A stretch of 54,903 bases of DNA from Chrysochromulina tobinii (Eukaryota). The position numbers and the translations under genes were made by a program. Numbering within the stretch: the first letter of the stretch is position 1; every line of letters begins with the position of its first letter. Shown piece after piece: positions 52,504-54,903 of the stretch. The notes under the pieces are model-generated. The model saw only the letters and a program-made list of their open reading frames with translations, did not search any database and was not told the origin of the DNA. The stretch covers positions 1-54,903 of the forward strand of contig JWZX01003338.1 of NCBI GenBank assembly GCA_001275005.1, given 5' to 3'.

Positions 52504-54759
52504 TTAGGCGGCCGTTGTAGGGAGCGCAAAGGTGGCCTCGGTCGCGCCCTCAGTACCCTCGCTGCTGCCCCAGGCCTTCCAAACATGCTCCCAAGTCTTC
52601 TCGTCCTGGGGGGTGAGCTCATCATCCTCGCCGAAGTTGGACGCACCCTCCTCGAGCTCGAAGTGTGAGGTGTCCGTCGCGCTCATCAGTTTCGGTCGCC
52701 ACGGCGGCTCGATGTAACAGTTGACCAGCCGGTCCCAGTCGACGTCTTCAAACCACGCGTGTGAGAGGACGCTGTTGGCGCCACCGTAAGCGTAGCCGAG
52801 GCGCGAGGCGAGATTGACGCTGAGCATGCCGGCGACGAGCGCCTTGCACGAAGCGCTGAACGTCGTCTCTCGCGGGAACTGGAGGTCCCCCTTAAGAATG
52901 TTGGAGAACGTCTTCATCGTATCGCCGCTCATGTCCGTGAACGCTGGGTTGCCCACGATCATCTCGAAGATCATCACCCCGAGTGCCCACCAATCGCATC
53001 CGTGGTTGACGCCCTGGCCGTTGAGCATCTCGGGTGCGACGTAGTCGGGCGTGCCGCACTGCGAGTACGTGCGGTCGAGCGTGAGCTTCTTAGCGAACCC
53101 AAAGTCGCAGAGCTTGACGAAGCCGCGGGAGTCGAGGAGCACGTTCTCCGGTTTGAGATCACGGTACACGAACTCGAGCAGGTGCAGGTGCTCAAGCGCG
53201 AGCGCGAGCGAGCTCACGTAGAACCGCGCCATGGGCTCGCTCATCAGCCCGTGCCGATCCATCAAGCCAAAGAGGTCGCCGCCAAGGGCGAGCTCGATCA
53301 GGAGATACAGGTACTTGGAGTCCTGGTAGTGCGCATGCAACCCCGTGATGAACGGGTGAGAGAACGTGGAGAGGGCGAGCTTCTCACTGAGAATCTGGGC
53401 GGTGCGCGTGTCGGCCTTGCGCTCGAGGAGCTTGCTCTTGTGGATCACCTTCATCGCGAAGAGGCGGCGCGTCGCGCTGTCTTTGGCGAGCAGCACGCGC
53501 GCAAACCCGCCCGAGCCGAGCGGCTTCAGGATCGCAATGTTGGTCTTGGCGGGGGAGTATTGTCGCACAGACTGGGAGGCGTCCTTTGCGCTCAAACTGG
53601 CGCCGTCGCCCTTACCGCTCTTTTTCAGCCAGGTGGGGCTCGAGTCGACGGGCATCGCCTTCTTCATCTCCTCGTGCAGCGGGTCAAGCATGCACTTGAA
53701 CGCATCGCGGTCGACGCGCAAGCAGATTGTCGGGCTCACGGCTTCGATGGAGCACGAACGCGGCTCCTGCGTGATGAGGGCGCGCTCTCCGAAGTAGTCG
53801 CCCGACTTGAGGATGCCGACGAGCCGCTCGGTCTTGCCAGACGAGTCGCGGTTCTCCTCCGGGATGGCCTGCTTCACCACCACCGAACCCTCCTTGAGGA
53901 AATACATGCACGGGTCGTCGTTGCATTCGGTGCCTTCCTTGATAATCATTGCGCCCTCGTCAAACGTCTGCTCGACGACCACGTCGGCGACGCGATAGAT
54001 AGCACGGTCATCGAGCGCGTCGAAAGTCTTGCAAGTGCGCAGGAAGAAGAAGATCTCGCGACGGCGGGTCACGGTATCCAGTCGTATCGTACGCCGAAAG
54101 GCGAGCCGATCCAGCACAAAGAGCGACGCGTCGCTCACCACCTCGATGGTGGCTGTGCGCGGCACGTTGTACATGAGGGCGAGCTCACCAAAGATCTGTC
54201 CCGCCCGGATTCGATCCTTCTCGACGCCCTTGACCTTGACGCACAGCTCGCCACTATCCAACAGGTAGCAATGCTGCCCCTGGTCGCCCTCGGTGACCAG
54301 CACAGCCTGCGCCTTGGCCTGCAGTGGCGTCATCGCGTCGGCGATACTGTTTAGCTGTGCCTCCTCGAACGTGTCAAAAGGTGCCTTCTTGGACAGCGCC
54401 GCCACGATTCGCTTCACCTGCTCCTTCGGCTTGGGCTTGGCTGGCGGTGCCTCCGAGGACACCAGAGCGGGATCTTCCGCGGAGATGTCGGCCGCGCTAG
54501 TCCAGACCTCCAATTCCGCAAGCGCTGAAGCGGATAAATGCTGGTTTCGCGCGCGCTCGTGGGGACGCTTCCGTATCGCGCGCAACTCGTTCACCTTGCC
54601 CGCTCGGCTTGGAGGTGGAGTCATGTTGGGAGGGTCACTCTCCTGCTTGGCCAAGCGCAGCTGCTCGGAGAGCAAGTCGTTACTTTTTACAAGCTCCTGG
54701 TTGCTCTTGAGCAGCTCCTCCACCCGCCGGCGCAGCGCCGCAGCCTCCGCCTGCGCCAT
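52504..54759 (-). CDS. cGMP-dependent protein kinase-like protein (coiled coil, two cyclic-nucleotide-binding domains, AGC kinase)
   Basis: FGELALMYNVPRTATI and FGERALITQEPRSCSI; LGSGGFARV, YRDLKPEN, DFGFAK, CGTPDYVAPE; AGC tail PPWRP...DTSHF. First ATG at 54759. Confidence 0.92.
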   Translation of the reverse strand: MAQAEAAALRRRVEELLKSNQELVKSNDLLSEQLRLAKQESDPPNMTPPPSRAGKVNELRAIRKRPHERARNQHLSASALAELEVWTSAADISAEDPALVSSEAPPAKPKPKEQVKRIVAALSKKAPFDTFEEAQLNSIADAMTPLQAKAQAVLVTEGDQGQHCYLLDSGELCVKVKGVEKDRIRAGQIFGELALMYNVPRTATIEVVSDASLFVLDRLAFRRTIRLDTVTRRREIFFFLRTCKTFDALDDRAIYRVADVVVEQTFDEGAMIIKEGTECNDDPCMYFLKEGSVVVKQAIPEENRDSSGKTERLVGILKSGDYFGERALITQEPRSCSIEAVSPTICLRVDRDAFKCMLDPLHEEMKKAMPVDSSPTWLKKSGKGDGASLSAKDASQSVRQYSPAKTNIAILKPLGSGGFARVLLAKDSATRRLFAMKVIHKSKLLERKADTRTAQILSEKLALSTFSHPFITGLHAHYQDSKYLYLLIELALGGDLFGLMDRHGLMSEPMARFYVSSLALALEHLHLLEFVYRDLKPENVLLDSRGFVKLCDFGFAKKLTLDRTYSQCGTPDYVAPEMLNGQGVNHGCDWWALGVMIFEMIVGNPAFTDMSGDTMKTFSNILKGDLQFPRETTFSASCKALVAGMLSVNLASRLGYAYGGANSVLSHAWFEDVDWDRLVNCYIEPPWRPKLMSATDTSHFELEEGASNFGEDDELTPQDEKTWEHVWKAWGSSEGTEGATEATFALPTTAA

Positions 54760-54903
54760 GCCCAGCGCGCGCACACACGCGATGCAAAGAAATCCCCCTT
54801 CCAAGACTACCGAGTAACCAACAGTTTGGTCGAATTTAGAACACGGTTTTCAAAATGTGCGGAAACGGTGTGGCGTGTGCCTTATCCCAATGCGTGGGCA
54901 CAA

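Overview
This is gene-dense, GC-rich eukaryotic nuclear DNA, not prokaryotic. I can trace seven short spliceosomal introns, all with a GT(A/G)CG(C/T) donor. Several proteins carry signal-plus-transit plastid-targeting presequences, and one intron is a (GGCAATCAGA)n minisatellite. Together these point to an alga with a complex plastid, most plausibly a haptophyte such as Chrysochromulina (inference). About 23 protein genes are supportable, including hemC, plastid rpl10, an SR-like splicing factor, a TEY MAP kinase, a RAD51D-like paralog, an XEG113-like GT77 transferase, a Tag-type glycosylase, a JMJD8-like protein, a C2-TerD-TerD protein and a cGMP-dependent kinase. The standout is a reconstructed ~2650-aa kinesin (2882-10991). 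It joins a degenerate N-terminal kinesin motor, kinesin-light-chain-like TPRs, a TOM1/GGA-type VHS-GAT module, a long coiled coil and an intact C-terminal kinesin-14 motor, with one frame change at a C7 run. Several other genes carry single-base frame breaks, so the consensus probably has indel errors. Small dispersed repeats include a 65-nt retroelement-like end with a target-site duplication. All family assignments come from motif recognition by eye; no searches were run.
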